Assembly (NCBI GenBank): GCA_951406725.2
Contig: OX597816.1
Location: 30,256,001 to 30,320,000, forward strand
Reading direction: 5' to 3'
Source of the DNA: Octopus vulgaris
Taxonomy: Eukaryota
Length of the DNA: 64,000 nt
Shown here: positions 44,108-58,513 of the stretch, piece after piece
Layout: every line of letters begins with the position of its first letter
How positions within the stretch are numbered: position 1 is the first letter of the stretch
Notes under the pieces: generated by a model
Seen by the model: only the letters and a program-made list of their open reading frames with translations
What the model was told of the DNA's origin: nothing
The model's database searches: none
Position numbers and translations under genes: made by a program

Positions 44108-44300
44108 AAAGTTGATCCAAACAAGAAAGCACAAAAAAAAAACACAACAACGCGAGGACGTGGAACAAATATAGTATTATTGGACGCTCTGGAAAGAAGG
44201 AGGGTTTAACGTTTCGAGCGGAGTTCTTCGTCGGAAACATAGGAGAAGGAAAGATCCTGAGAAGAGAAGACAGAGGAAAAAAAATCGCCAACGGTACACA
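44108..44300 (-). mobile_element. Family E element (hammerhead core mutated to CCGACGA)
   Basis: Homology to 33192-33400 and 50381-50592. Confidence 0.75.
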
Positions 44301-45225
44301 TGCATATATATTTATGTATATGTATGTACGTATGTATATATGTATGAAGGCGTGTGTGAAAGTGTGAGTAGTTTTTTAACGAGGACTATTTCTGTGAATA
44401 GTGATGTTAGTATTTGATGTGTTTTGGTATCTGAATATATACCATTGCTCCAATAAAACTAATAAGAATTATATGTCATCGCAGCAACTCACCAATTACA
44501 ATCTTTAGATAATATTGAAAACCAGAAAGAGGTAAATTAAGATTGTCATGAGGTGGTAATTCCATATCATCGAGTAAATGATATGGGTTTGCCGATAGTT
44601 GAGTTAGGTTCTGGCTGCTCAAAACTCTCGAATGATTAACAGAATTTCATTTGTCGCACTAATGTTTTCCATGTTGGTCTTGAATCAAAAATGCAACAGC
44701 AAAGTTTGCACACTAGAAGGACAATTCTGTAGTTATTAAAAATATTTGGTTATGTAGGCTCTGTAAATAAGCTGTCACGACAGGAGAAAATACCATGCTG
44801 GCTTCATGACTGCAAAACTGCAGCTGCTGTCTACTCGGTTGAGTAAGGAGTCATTAGAACGAATGTCGAATACAGCAAAATGAGAATGTGGTTTGCTTAG
44901 CGGCGATACTCCACAAATTGAAAATTGGCGCCCCAAAAATCATGCCTGTTTATAGGACTTGTTAGGGGACATTCAACAAGCTGCATCACGTGATGTCCCG
45001 ATGCAGATTGGTCAAATACTTAGTCGATCACTTGGAATAGCTGCTACTAAGCTACGCTTTTTAACTTGGTAATTTGCCGATTTGGTTTCGAATTTCCTAC
45101 AAGGTATTAACTTGATACTATTGAAGTTATAGATTTATAACACAAGAATAGCTGTAAAAGTAATAACATCAACAATGTCAAATAGAAATGAAACAAAAAA
45201 GATATAATAGCAAAATAATACACGA

Positions 45226-45637
45226 TAGGCGTAAGAGTGGCTGTGTGGTAAGTAGCTTGCTTACCAACCACATGGCTCTGGGTTCAGTCCCACTGCGTAG
45301 CACCTTGGGCAAGTGTCTTCTACTATAGCCTCAGGCCAACCAAAGCCTTGTGAGTGGATTTGGTAGACGGAAACTGAAAGAAGCCCGTCGTATATATATG
45401 AGTATATATATATATTGTGTGTGTGTGTGTCTGCGTCTGAGTTTGTCCCCCCAGCATCACTTGACAACCGATGTTGGTGTGTTTACGTCCCCGTAACTGA
45501 GCGGTTCGGCAAAGAGACCGATAGAATAAGTACTAGGCTTACAAAGAATAAGTCCTGGGGTCGATTTGCTCGACTAAAGGCGGTGATTCAGCATGGCCAC
45601 AGTCAAATGACTGAAACAAGTAAAAGAGTAAAAAGAG
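45226..45637 (+). mobile_element. SINE family B, full length
   Basis: Matches other B copies. Confidence 0.92.
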
Positions 45638-46055
45638 AGTAATAGAACATTGTGACACTATACATACACACCAACATATATACACTCGTACATACATACG
45701 TGCACACACATATCTGTGCCCATAAATGTGTCTTACTTTTTTGTACAAGTTTAAGTCTCTTGCTACTGATGATGAGATGATACTGGCCAATTATCATGCT
45801 GATGACGCTTATTAGGGATGGAATACGTGAACACAACTGTCCTTTGATGTCCAGACAATAAACCTGACCTATTCCTTAATGGCATGACAACTTTGGAGAC
45901 TTCTTAATTCTTAACATTATCTCCCCTTCTCATATGGAGCTGTTCTCAATCACTAAATGGTAATTCTGATACTTCTTGCGGCGGAGATAATTTTAATAAA
46001 TTAAGAATTTAAGTTCTATGCTGTTTGATACAACTGTATGTGTGTGTGTGTCTAC

Positions 46056-46292
<237 letters not shown>

Positions 46293-47368
46293 CCTCTATG
46301 TAAATGGCGGGCTTTTTCGAATTTATGTAAATGCGTTGATTATGAAATCACTGGTGATCTGCAGCTAAATTCTGTTTTTGAATGACTTGCTTCGAGACTT
46401 GCATTCGGTACGATATGTTTATTTTGGTAGTTTTGACTTTAAGAGTCCCTCCTAGCATGCGGCATTTATGTGTAATAATGCCCTCTATATAATATAAATA
46501 TACCTATCTACCTATATATGTATATAATCTTACGTTCGCTGTACATGCTGGCATAGGCTAGACAATCATATTATGTTTGTATGTTTCCATTTCGGAGGTT
46601 GAACCCTCGTTACAGCGGGATATCCCGTTTGTAACTCTAACCCCTTTACAGAACGTACAAAGAAAAATTTACCGTAGCATCATCGCTAAAAAAATTGTTA
46701 TATCTTAATGAAACTAAATCGGCTCTTTTTACCCTACACTTAGCATAAATGTAGTGTATCGTCACCCCTACATTAGGAAGCACTTGCAATATTCTTGACA
46801 AGACTTACGGATGTCTTCGATCTAAGCACATCTTTGCTCTCATGCTTCCTCTTTTCCATTATGTTGGAGAGTGAACAAGTCTCTTACGGGTACAAATCTT
46901 TCCTCGTAAATTTAATAAGTACTTCCCAGTCTTTAATTTATTAATTCATTCAGAGCTACGTGCATGGAAGCTGCAGACAAGAGTATAACAGTAACAAAAG
47001 AACCCAACATTGGATGGAGAAGGTAGCAAGAATGCGATGGTAAAGACAAAATGATAAGTTATAAAGGGAAGATAACTGTTGGTATGATGTTCATAGGATG
47101 TACATGTGTGTTTGAATGTATATATGAATATGTATGTATTCATGTATGCAAGTATGTTTGTATGTATGTATGAATGTATATATGTATGTATGTATGTATT
47201 CATACATACATTTGTAGGCGCACGCATGTATTTACAAGCAGGTAGGAGGTAGCATTTCTTTCAGATATGTATTAAAGACACCACTACTATGTTCGATTTT
47301 GTTAATAAAAAGAGCTTTTTTTATGTTTTTTTATTAGTCCTTTATGTTAAATCCTTCATTCTTACATC

Positions 47369-47792
47369 GGATCTTTTCGGTTTGAACGGCATTTTTTTCT
47401 AGCGGTGTCATATGAAAATGTCACCCATAATTATGACCCTAGTATCGATCTATTGCATTTCAATCTATTTTAAGGTTAGGGTTAGGGTTAGGGGTGGGGT
47501 AAGGGTATCTTTTTTTCCTCACAAATGTAAATAAACCCAATCTGTTTCTTAAACGAGGGACATATTCATACGGCACAGAATGTTTTTTTTACCTCAATGG
47601 AAGTAATTGATTGGTTGAAATTGCAGAAATTGAAGAAAAAAAACAACAAATATCTTACAAACTACAGAATTTTCTCAATAAAGCCAAGAGAAAAAGATGT
47701 TTTATAAACACATTCTACCAGTATACGAAGTTTAAAATTTTTTAGTTACCTAGAAATTATGTTAAAAACTGCCGTTCAAACCGAAAAGGTCC
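47369..47792. mobile_element. MITE family D
   Basis: TIRs present; 8-bp flanks CTTACATC/CTCACATC; internal TTAGGG repeats. Confidence 0.92.
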
Positions 47793-47994
47793 CTCACATC
47801 TATTAATTCATAAATGTTTCAAGACCTTTATTATCTCAACATTAGAATGAAGAGACACTAGTTATATCGCGTTGTAAACGTGTTTTGCAGTAGATCGGGA
47901 TCGATCGTGGAAATAGCTAATAAAAACGTCGACACTAGTTTAAAAACAGTTAGCTCCGAGTTAACAGCATGTTTTATTTTATGTGATATATAAT

Positions 47995-48299
47995 GTTGTT
48001 TGTGTGTTTGTTCCTTCTCGAGCCATGCCTAGCTCGTAAGGGCCGGTTTCCCGGTTTCTTGGCGTATAGGTTCTCCACCTGGACGGGACGCCAGTCCGTC
48101 GCAGGTGAGCTGCAAGAGGAAAGAGTGAGAGAAAGTTGTGGCGAAAGAGTAAGCAGAAGTTTCGCCATTACCTTCTGCCGGAACCGCGTGGATCTTAGGT
48201 GTTTTCGTTCATAAACACACACATCACCCGATCTGAGACTCGAACCTGCGATCCCTCGACCACGAGTCCGCTGCTCTAACCACTAGGCCATGTGCCTCC
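47995..48299 (-). mobile_element. SINE family G-related element with 14-bp TSD
   Basis: Head GGAGGCACATGGCCTAGTGGTTAGAGCAGC..GGTTCGAGTCT; TSD ATGTGATATATAAT at 47981 and 48300. Confidence 0.9.
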
Positions 48300-48648
48300 A
48301 TGTGATATATAATATATGTGTACGGTTGTATTCTACCATAAATAAAGCTTCCATAGTTATTTGTTTATTATATTGTGGGATTCTATAGAATTTTTGTGCA
48401 ATCAACTGAATGTTTACTAATTTTAGAAACTTCGATCTAAGCACATCTTTGTACTGCAATACAATGAGTTGAGACTGCGTTTTGTTGTGAATGGTATACC
48501 GGCGAGAAAGTCGTAATTGTAAGTCAAATACGAGGTTTACATATTACATTAGTTGCTTGAGGTACTTTCTGTAGCTTTGTCGTCTCGTATTGATAAGGAG
48601 ATTTCTCACCGTGGTGTTAACTTAATATTTTGTAAGACTAAGTTCAAA

Positions 48649-49074
48649 GGATCTTTTCGGTTTGAACGGCAGTTTTTTTCTAGCGGTGTCATGTGAAATT
48701 GTCATCCATAATTATGACCCTAGTATCGATCTATTGCATTTCAATCTATTTTAGGGTTAGGGTTAGTTAGGGTTAGGGTTAGGGGTGGGGGAAGGGTATC
48801 TTCTTTTCTTCACAAATGAAAATAAACCCAATCTGTTTCTTAAACAAGGGACATATTCATACGACACAGAATGTTTTTTTTACCTCCATAGACGTCAGTG
48901 ATTGGTAGAAATTGAAGAAAAAACATAACAAATATCTTACAAACTATAGAATTTTCTCAATAAAGCCAAGAGAAAAAGATGTTTTATAAACACATTCTAC
49001 CAGTATACGAAGTTTAAAATTTTATAGTTACTTAGAAATTATGTTAAAAACTGCCGTTCAAACCGAAAAGATCC
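48649..49074. mobile_element. MITE family D
   Basis: 29-bp perfect TIRs; 8-bp flanks AGTTCAAA/AGTTCATA; internal TTAGGG repeats. Confidence 0.93.
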
Positions 49075-49721
49075 AGTTCATAAGTTTGATGCGATATACG
49101 TTGTTTTATGTCATTAAAGAAACTAAATAAAACAGAAAACAGTATGTATCACAGTTAGCAATAAGCTCATAGAACTCATCGTCTATACCAAACAGCAAAC
49201 TAGCAATCTCCAGAATAAATATAAAACAAAATAGTATTCGCGTATATATTTGAAAGTAAATTTAAAAGTCGTAAACATCATGACTCACACTGTTACATCA
49301 GGCACAAATACTTCTGTTTCTCGTCAGTTGACTGTGAATGTATATCAAAGGAACTTCGTAATTCTTTTTAATGCAGCCGGACTAGTTTCAGACTTGTGTT
49401 TGGATTTCATTAGAGATTGAGTGCCCTTTTCACATTTCTAGTAAGATAGTGTTTTGCAAAGCCAATCTTAGTTAGGACGCCAGTAAACTGGATTGATCAA
49501 TTTGCATACGTAACAAATTATTAGCAGTTAACACATTTTACTAAATCGCTAGTCTGCTAACGTTGTTATGTTTCTGCTATAGAATTAATCTGTAGATTTT
49601 TAGCCAATATTTTATGCATTATACGCAATATATACGGGCTTCGAGAACCAATTCCGACCACCTAAAAATTAAAGAGAAAATTATTTCACATTGTCAGCAT
49701 CATACATACATACATACATAA

Positions 49722-49758
<37 letters not shown>

Positions 49759-49789
49759 ATATAATATATATATATGATATATATATATA

Positions 49790-49839
<50 letters not shown>

Positions 49840-50380
49840 ATAAAAACATAATAACCGGAAAACTTAACATTAACAAACGGAAAATTTGATAAAAAACCGA
49901 AGACACGAAAATTTTTTATCTAATTCCTAATCAGTCAACTTCCAACAGACCATAATAGTGTTGCGCCGTTATCGTTGAGACTACTCCTTCATTGCAGGCG
50001 CCAGTGCAAAAGAACGGCTGGGAATATCTAACGAACGTACAGGACAATGACGAAAACAAACAGGACAAACTAAAATAATTATAATAAATATACATATACA
50101 ACACAAAAGGAAATGAAAAAGTCCAAAGGGGCCAGAGACACAAGAACGACAGAACAAAGGAAGAAGTAAACAAACTATAAAGGAAAAAGTGAAGGAGCAC
50201 AAAAAATCGTGATCGACCAACTCGGTGGCCAAAGGATAGAGGAAGACAGATATAGCTACGGGTTACGTGATAGTGGGAGGAGAAAGAGAGTAGTGGAGGC
50301 AGAGGGAGAGAAGAAACGAAAGAGAGAAGTAGAGAGGGAAAGAGAGAGAAAGACTGATATATATATATATATATATATAT

Positions 50381-50592
50381 AAAGTTAATCCAAACAAGAA
50401 AGCACAAGAAAACACAACAACGCGAGGACGTGGAACAAATATAGTATTATTGGACGCTCAGGAAAGAAGGGAAGAAGGAGGGTTTAACGTCTCGAGCGGA
50501 GCTCTTCGTCAGAAACATAGGAGAGGGAAAGATCCAGAGAAGGGAAGACAGAGGAAAAAAATCGCCAACGGTACACACGCGGTCACATTTTG
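50381..50592 (-). mobile_element. Family E element between (TA)n and (GATA)n
   Basis: Homology to other E copies; GAAA box mutated to GAGA. Confidence 0.75.
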
Positions 50593-50618
50593 AATATAGA
50601 TAGATAGATAGATAGATT

Positions 50619-50703
<85 letters not shown>

Positions 50704-51019
50704 AGAGAGGGAGGAAAGTTAAAGAGGGGCAAAGGAAAGGAAGGAGACAGGCTTGGGTATAGCACAAAAATATTCTAAGAATATTTTTACAAATGGGAAG
50801 AAAATATAAGGAGGGCGTTGCGTTACATAAATATTTCAAAGATTTCAGGTGCGCGCGCGCTTACACACACACGCACACACATTACTTGTTTCAGTCGTTT
50901 GACTGCGGCTACGTGCTAGATCAAAATGCTCATTACTGCCGAGGGCTACAATATTCATCCCAGATTATAATGGACACGGAGGTAGTGTTACTGTGGTGGT
51001 AGTCGCTGCTGCTCTTGCT

Positions 51020-51034
51020 GCCACCACCACCACC

Positions 51035-51076
<42 letters not shown>

Positions 51077-51097
51077 GCTACCACCACCACCACCACC

Positions 51098-51150
<53 letters not shown>

Positions 51151-51170
51151 CACCATCACCACTACTGCTG

Positions 51171-51218
<48 letters not shown>

Positions 51219-51225
51219 TTACTAT
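51020..51225. repeat. (ACC)n/(ACT)n microsatellite
   Basis: Direct reading. Confidence 0.95.
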
Positions 51226-51590
51226 TACAGCTGTTTAAGGGCCATGCCGGGGCATTTGATATTATGTGACATGTAGTTAAGTGCATCTGCATTTGCAACC
51301 CTACTTCTCCCTAAGATCTAACCCAATCCCAAGTGCAGTCTGATGCTAATTCAATTTACTTACTCTGCTAACTCACTCAAAGAAGAAAAAAACCGGGGAA
51401 GCTGAATGAATTTTTTTTTTAACTTCTTCCGTCACAAAGTTAAGAATTCAAAATTTTTTTGATACGGTTGTTGCTGAGTATTTATTTCAGATTGTAGCCT
51501 TTTGATTTTTACATACAGGGCAAAAGTTACAGGCAGTGTTAACGATTCAGCCAGTTCACCTTCTTATTAATAATAATAATCGTTTCTACT

Positions 51591-52375
51591 AAGGCGGCGA
51601 GCTTGCAGAAACGTTAGCACGTCGGGCGCAATGCTTAGCGGTATTTCGTCTGCCGCTACTTTCTGAGTTCAAATTCCGCCGAGGTCGACTTTGCCTTTCA
51701 TCCTTTCGGGGCCGATAAATTAAATACCAGTTACGCACTGGGATCAATATAATCGACTTAATCCGTTTGTCTGTCCTTGTTTGTCCCCTCTGTGTTTAGC
51801 CCATTGTGGGTAGTAAAGAAATAGGTATTTTGTCTGCCGCTACGTTCTGAGTTCAAATTCCGCCGAGGTCGACTTTGCCTTTCATCCTTTCGGGGTCGAT
51901 AAAATAAGTACCAGTTACGCACTGGGGTCAATATAATCAACTTAATCCGTTTGTCTGTCCTTGATTGTCCCCTCTGTGTTTAGCCCATTGTGGGTAGTAA
52001 AGAAATAGGTATTTCGCCTGCCGCTACGTTGTGAGTTCAAATTCCTCCGAGGTCGACTTTGCCTTTCATTCTTTCGGGGTCGATAAAATAAGTACCAGTT
52101 ACGCACTGAGGTCGATATAATCGACTTAATCCGTTTGTCTATCCTTGTTTGTCCCCTCTGTGTGTAGCCCATTGTGGGTAGTAAAGAAATAGGTATTTCG
52201 TCTGCCGCTACGTTCTGAGTTCAAATTCCGCCGAGGTCGACTTTGCCTTTCATCCTTTCGGGGTCGATAAAATAAGTACCAGTTACGCACTGGGGTCGAT
52301 GTAATCGACTTAATCCCTTTGTCTGTCTTTGCTTGTCCCCTCTATGTTTAGCCCCTTGCGTCCAATAAAGAAATA
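51591..52375 (+). mobile_element. SINE family A concatemer, one head plus four ~184-bp units
   Basis: Repeated junction AAAGAAATA|GGTATTT at ~51822, ~52007 and ~52191. Confidence 0.93.
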
Positions 52376-52384
52376 AATAATCAT

Positions 52385-52596
52385 TTATACTCAAAGTACA
52401 AAGCATGAAACTTTTGGAGAAGGGTCTAATCGATTACAGTGACCCTAGTGTTTCACCGGTACTTAACTTATCGACCCCGAAAGGATGAACGGCAAAGTCG
52501 ACTTCGGCGGAATTTGAACTCAGCACGTAAAGACCGAACAAATGTTGCTTAGCATCTTGCCCGGCGTGCTAACGATTCTGGTAGCTGGCTGCCTTA
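52385..52596 (-). mobile_element. SINE family A, older copy, inverted relative to the adjacent array
   Basis: ATCGACCCCGAAAGGATGAA...GCTAACGATTCTG. Confidence 0.8.
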
Positions 52597-53929
52597 CATA
52601 TTTCATATCGTCATACATAAAGTATGTCTAAACGAGATGGCAAAGATTGTTTTTATTACCTTGCTGGAACACAGTTAACCTGGGGTTAAGCCGCAACAGC
52701 AATCATTAAGTATCATACGAAACATATTAGAATAGTAGGGATATTTTAGAACTTCAGAGGTTGTTGTTTAACATCAGTCTAGTCCTGATTGAGTAAACTT
52801 GTCATCTAAAGAATTCCGCTAGCGAATACCTTTATCCCTATATTCTATCGTTTGGAAGATGGTAGAGCATGCCTGCTGTTTCTGACAAGATGATCAGACT
52901 TGTATTTGCTCAACGATGGAGCAAATACATCGCTTGTAATGGAGACTATATCGAGTAGCATATATGTATAGAGAGGAAGAGTGACTCTACGAATACGTGC
53001 TTGAAAACCCCGTGTCAGTTAATAAAATATTATCCCTGTTTTTGCATTGCTTTCGATAACACCCTCAATTTTCAGTTTCATCCAAGTTATCCATCAGCTG
53101 TTTTGCGATAAACACCTGTTCTATTTAGTAATGCTAATCTTCTTTGGAAAGGTAAGGTCACCACAGTTTCAAACTCTATTCCTCTGTCGTTAGAGATCTC
53201 CACTAGCTGGTACTTGGGTCACTCGTAGCGGTGGCATTTTTGTAGCATTTCTTTGCTCGGTGCTTTTTCATTCTCACCGATTCTTAGTACCAACATAACC
53301 GCTCATATAGAGCATCGAACGCTGATGATGTTTTCAGTGTTCCTCCTACTTTGAGCAGGAAGATAGAACCTTCACGTCATAATAAACTAAACCTTTGAAA
53401 ATTGCTATCTTTGTTATGAAACCAAACCAATATTGATGATATCTACCAACAGCTAACTATTCGAGGCTTTGTGATAGCATGTAAATGATCGCTCAGCTTG
53501 CTAGAGATAGCTAATAAATGTCACTTAAAGCAGTAGGCGATAACAAATATTTTTTTCTGATAGGGAAAAGCAACTGGATACAACTTCGAAGATATTCCGG
53601 TATACTGAATAATCTCAGCCGAAGTCTTAGCAGAGATATAGCTCTGAAAATTTATAGAATTATTTCCTTGTCTGGTGTATTGATGTAGAAAATAAGGACT
53701 ATTTTAGTCATTAATTAATTCCGATATTGTTTTACTGTTATTTTTATTCTATTACGGGTGTCAGAGATCGAAGAATAGGTATGATGGGGGCTTTTAAAAT
53801 TTGGTATAATATATGTCACAGGACGTTGAAATCCACAGCCAGAGAGTGAGTGCTGCACTTACAATAATTTCGCTGCCTCTGTCATAGATAGAAGAAAGAC
53901 ATGGTCGAAATGCTTGCAACTGAATAAAC

Positions 53930-54500
53930 ACCAATGTACGGACACAATGGTCAAGTGGTGTGATGGTGTTAAAGCTGAAGGACAAATTAAGTTTATTTCT
54001 ACAACACATAAAGCACCACCAGTGGTCAGTTCTTGCTATTGTCTGTGAAGCCTGGCGTCTCACTATATTCTGAGTAAGGGATTGAGTCGATTATATCGCC
54101 CCCAGTGCGAAACTGGTACTTTATTTATCGACCCCGAAAGGATGAAAGGCGAGGTCAACTTTGCCTTTCATCCTTTCGGGGTCGATAAATAAAGTACCAG
54201 TTTCGCACTGGGGGCCTTATAATCGACTCAATCCCTTCGTCTGTCTTTGTTTGTCCCCTCTATGTTTAGCACCTTCTGGGCAGTAAAGAAATATATATTC
54301 TGAGTAATGGGTTCCTTCGAAGACACTCGCAGCATCATTCTTCCAGACGAAGGAAAGAGAAGTAAAAGGGAAATACAACCAATTCTGACTAAGCTGCTTT
54401 CCCATTCAGTATCTGCGGTCATACCGGTTTCTTCCGAATTGGTCACGTTCAGCATCAGCAAGCCTGCAGCTGATGAGGTCATCCTCCTCCGCAAATTTTC
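53930..54500 (+). pseudogene. Decayed APE endonuclease N-terminus of a LINE (RTE-like), interrupted by a SINE A
   Basis: NVRTQWSSG...QWSVLAIVCEAW...MGSFED...EGKRSKREI..ILTK...AVIPVSSELVT resembles the NVRT, ILG.SE.RW and PVS.RL motifs. Confidence 0.45.
54078..54293 (+). mobile_element. SINE family A with 5' inverted (snap-back) segment and 14-bp TSD
   Basis: TSD TATATTCTGAGTAA at 54064 and 54294; arms 54076-54150 and 54163-54237. Confidence 0.9.
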
Positions 54501-55009
54501 GCTCGCGATGCAAAGCCAAAAAGTGAACTCAAAACTGATATTTTGATGGATTTTCATTCAACTACATTCGACCAAATATTGATTTCAAATGTTAGCACAA
54601 GGCCAGCAAGATCGTGGGTGGAGCAAGTTGATTACACTGACGAGGATTTCGCCCGGCGTGCTACCGATTCTGCCAGCTCTTCGCTCGCAAAGCAAAGTTA
54701 AGAGGAAGAGAACACGAGAATGCTATTTTGACGGATTTTCACACAACTTCAGTCGGCCAAGTATTAATCACAAAGCTTTGTCGCCCCGTAGCTATTGGAG
54801 AAAACACTTGCGCAAATTTCTGCACTGTGGGATCGCCTATGAAAACAATTGGCTTCCGAAGCGAGCTTCTTCACTGTGCAGTTATACATGCATCAATGCC
54901 CTTCCTAGACACTGAATGAGTAAAAGCATATTTAGTAGTCGGGATATTAAAAATTCTAATTTGGAGCCAAACAAATTTTACGTCATGCGATGACGAATAT
55001 ACACTCACT

Positions 55010-55015
55010 AACACA

Positions 55016-55062
<47 letters not shown>

Positions 55063-55123
55063 ACACACACACACACACACAAATACATATGTATATATCT
55101 GATGTAGATATATATATGTATAT

Positions 55124-55173
<50 letters not shown>

Positions 55174-55309
55174 GTATATACATACGCACATGTGTGTGTG
55201 TGTATATATATATATATATAAATATATAGATAGATAAATAGATACATGCATACATAGATTTCTTCATATATATGTGTGTATATACATATATATATATAAA
55301 TATATATAT

Positions 55310-55340
<31 letters not shown>

Positions 55341-55414
55341 CACACACATATATATATATATACACATATTTATGTATATATATACATGAACACATATATA
55401 TGTATATATGTTTA

Positions 55415-55477
<63 letters not shown>

Positions 55478-55483
55478 CATATG

Positions 55484-55528
<45 letters not shown>

Positions 55529-55816
55529 GTATGTATGTATATATGTATGTGAACACAAACACACACAAATACACACGCATGTATATATATTCTATTTTAT
55601 CAACAAGCGCAAGAACGAACGCCAGATATGTTTCATGTTTCATCCTATGAAACTATTATAAAAACAGTGAAATATCTTGGGTGCGGATTTTTTACCGCCC
55701 CACCGGAATCACCGAATCGAAAAACAAATATGCTTATATAAATACAGAGACAAATAAATAAATAAATAGTTATCTGTGTGTAGATGTGTCTATGTATACG
55801 CACATACATGTATGTG

Positions 55817-55854
<38 letters not shown>

Positions 55855-55988
55855 GATTATTTATTTCATATATTACTCTCTGTTTCAGTCTCTTCTCTCC
55901 CCTCTCTCTGTATATACATATATATTTATATATTTATACATTTATACATATATATATATGTATATATATATATATATGAATATGTATG

Positions 55989-56046
<58 letters not shown>

Positions 56047-56051
56047 CATAT

Positions 56052-56142
<91 letters not shown>

Positions 56143-56190
56143 CATGCATATATATATGAATAAATATGCAATAAATAAATAGATATATAA
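55010..56190. repeat. Large compound (CA)n/(TA)n low-complexity region
   Basis: Direct reading; short unique interruption at ~55580-55780. Confidence 0.9.
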
Positions 56191-56555
56191 ATATAAACTT
56201 CCATAGTTTCCGTTTTACACGCTAGATGTCACAACTGTAATGATCTCAGGACAGTACTTAGTATGTGGGCGAAAATGTTCTTTGCAATTAAAGTGAAAGA
56301 CGGTTTAAAAAAAAAACAAAAAAAAAACGTAAAAACGTCGTCAACAAGCACAGCAGCCACAGCAATAAGTTACTAAGGTGTGTAAGTGCGAAGAAGACTC
56401 AAAGGGATGAGAATTTCATGTCACTTTTTTTCTCTCTCCGAATAATCAGTCTGTGTCATTTCCTGTCGTCAAACCATTTTTAATAGTTCGTCTGCGACAC
56501 ACACACACGCATACACAGACAGATAGACAGACAGATGTATATGTGATTATACATG

Positions 56556-56971
56556 AAGGCGGCGAGCTGGCAGAAACGTTAGCGCGCCGGGCGAAATGCT
56601 TAGCGGTATTTCGTTTGTCGTTACGTTGTGAGTTCAAATTCCGCCGAGGTCGACTTTGCCTTTCATCCTTTCGGGGTCGATAAATAAAGTACCAGTTACG
56701 CACTGGGGTCGATGTAATCGACTTAATACCTATGTCTGTCCTTGTTTGTCCCTTCTATGTTTAGCCCCTCGTGGGTAATAAAGAAATAGGTATTTCGTCT
56801 GTCGTTACGTTGTGAGTTCAAATTCCGCCGAGGTCAACTTTGCCTTTCATCCTTTTGGAGCCGATAAATTAAGTACCAGGTACGCACTGGGGTCCATGCG
56901 ATCAACTTAATCCGTTCGTCTGTCCTTGTTTGTCCCCTCTATATTTAGCCCCTTGTGGGCAATAAAGAAAT
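56556..56971 (+). mobile_element. SINE family A dimer
   Basis: Head plus two units with the same GAAATA|GGTATTTC junction at ~56788. Confidence 0.92.
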
Positions 56972-57007
56972 ATATATGTATGTCTGTGTGTCTATAAATA
57001 TGCTAGT

Positions 57008-57705
<698 letters not shown>

Positions 57706-58329
57706 ATAAGTAATAATTTTAAATTTGGATATACACTTTGTAGTAAGCCGTTTCAAGTCCGTTCACTGTATTCGGCTATCTGATGTCATCAACAGTATGG
57801 ATTTAAACTTCACTGGATTTACTTCAGGAATTTCTTTGTGTTCGTCGAGTTCATGAAACAGGAGAGAAAGAGAATGGAATTCATAAGATTCTTTATGAAT
57901 CACTTCGATCGTTTCTACTCAACGTGCATCGGTGCCTTGCGAGTGAGAGATGCTGTACAAAGAGTTGTGGTGCATCATTGTTGCAGATGTGTCTCACCAA
58001 GTGATATGTGATTTGTGTACCACGTTTTAAAATCTCTGTTTCGTTTATTTCGGTCAGAATACATTTTGGAAGTTGTCTGCAGCTACTCGCAGACACGAGA
58101 AACTTTAGTTATAATTGAAGAATGCTTCTCCTATTAGTAATAAGTTGACTTACAAAGAATCAAAAGTGACATAAGAATAAAATAAAAGAGTGAATCAAAT
58201 GATATGCTTTACGTTGATAACGAAATACGTTGTGTAAAATCATAAAGCAATAAAACAATCATAGATAGCACGAAAAGCAATAAAACACAATCTCGGCGAC
58301 TTTTATATTCTATGAGGCCAACACACACT

Positions 58330-58360
<31 letters not shown>

Positions 58361-58472
58361 CTGTATGTATGTATGTATGTATGTATGTATGTATGTATGT
58401 ATGTATGTATGTATGTATGTATGTATGTATATATGCATATATATATATATATATATATACATATATATATAC

Positions 58473-58513
<41 letters not shown>

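Noticed and set aside
51591-52375. Regular repeat array resembling CRISPR
   Set aside because: Units are ~184-bp SINE copies without unique spacers; eukaryotic context and no cas genes
53077-53151. Possible small exon (TTTCAG acceptor, AAG|GTAAGG donor)
   Set aside because: No recognisable peptide or partner exons; such signals arise by chance in 64 kb
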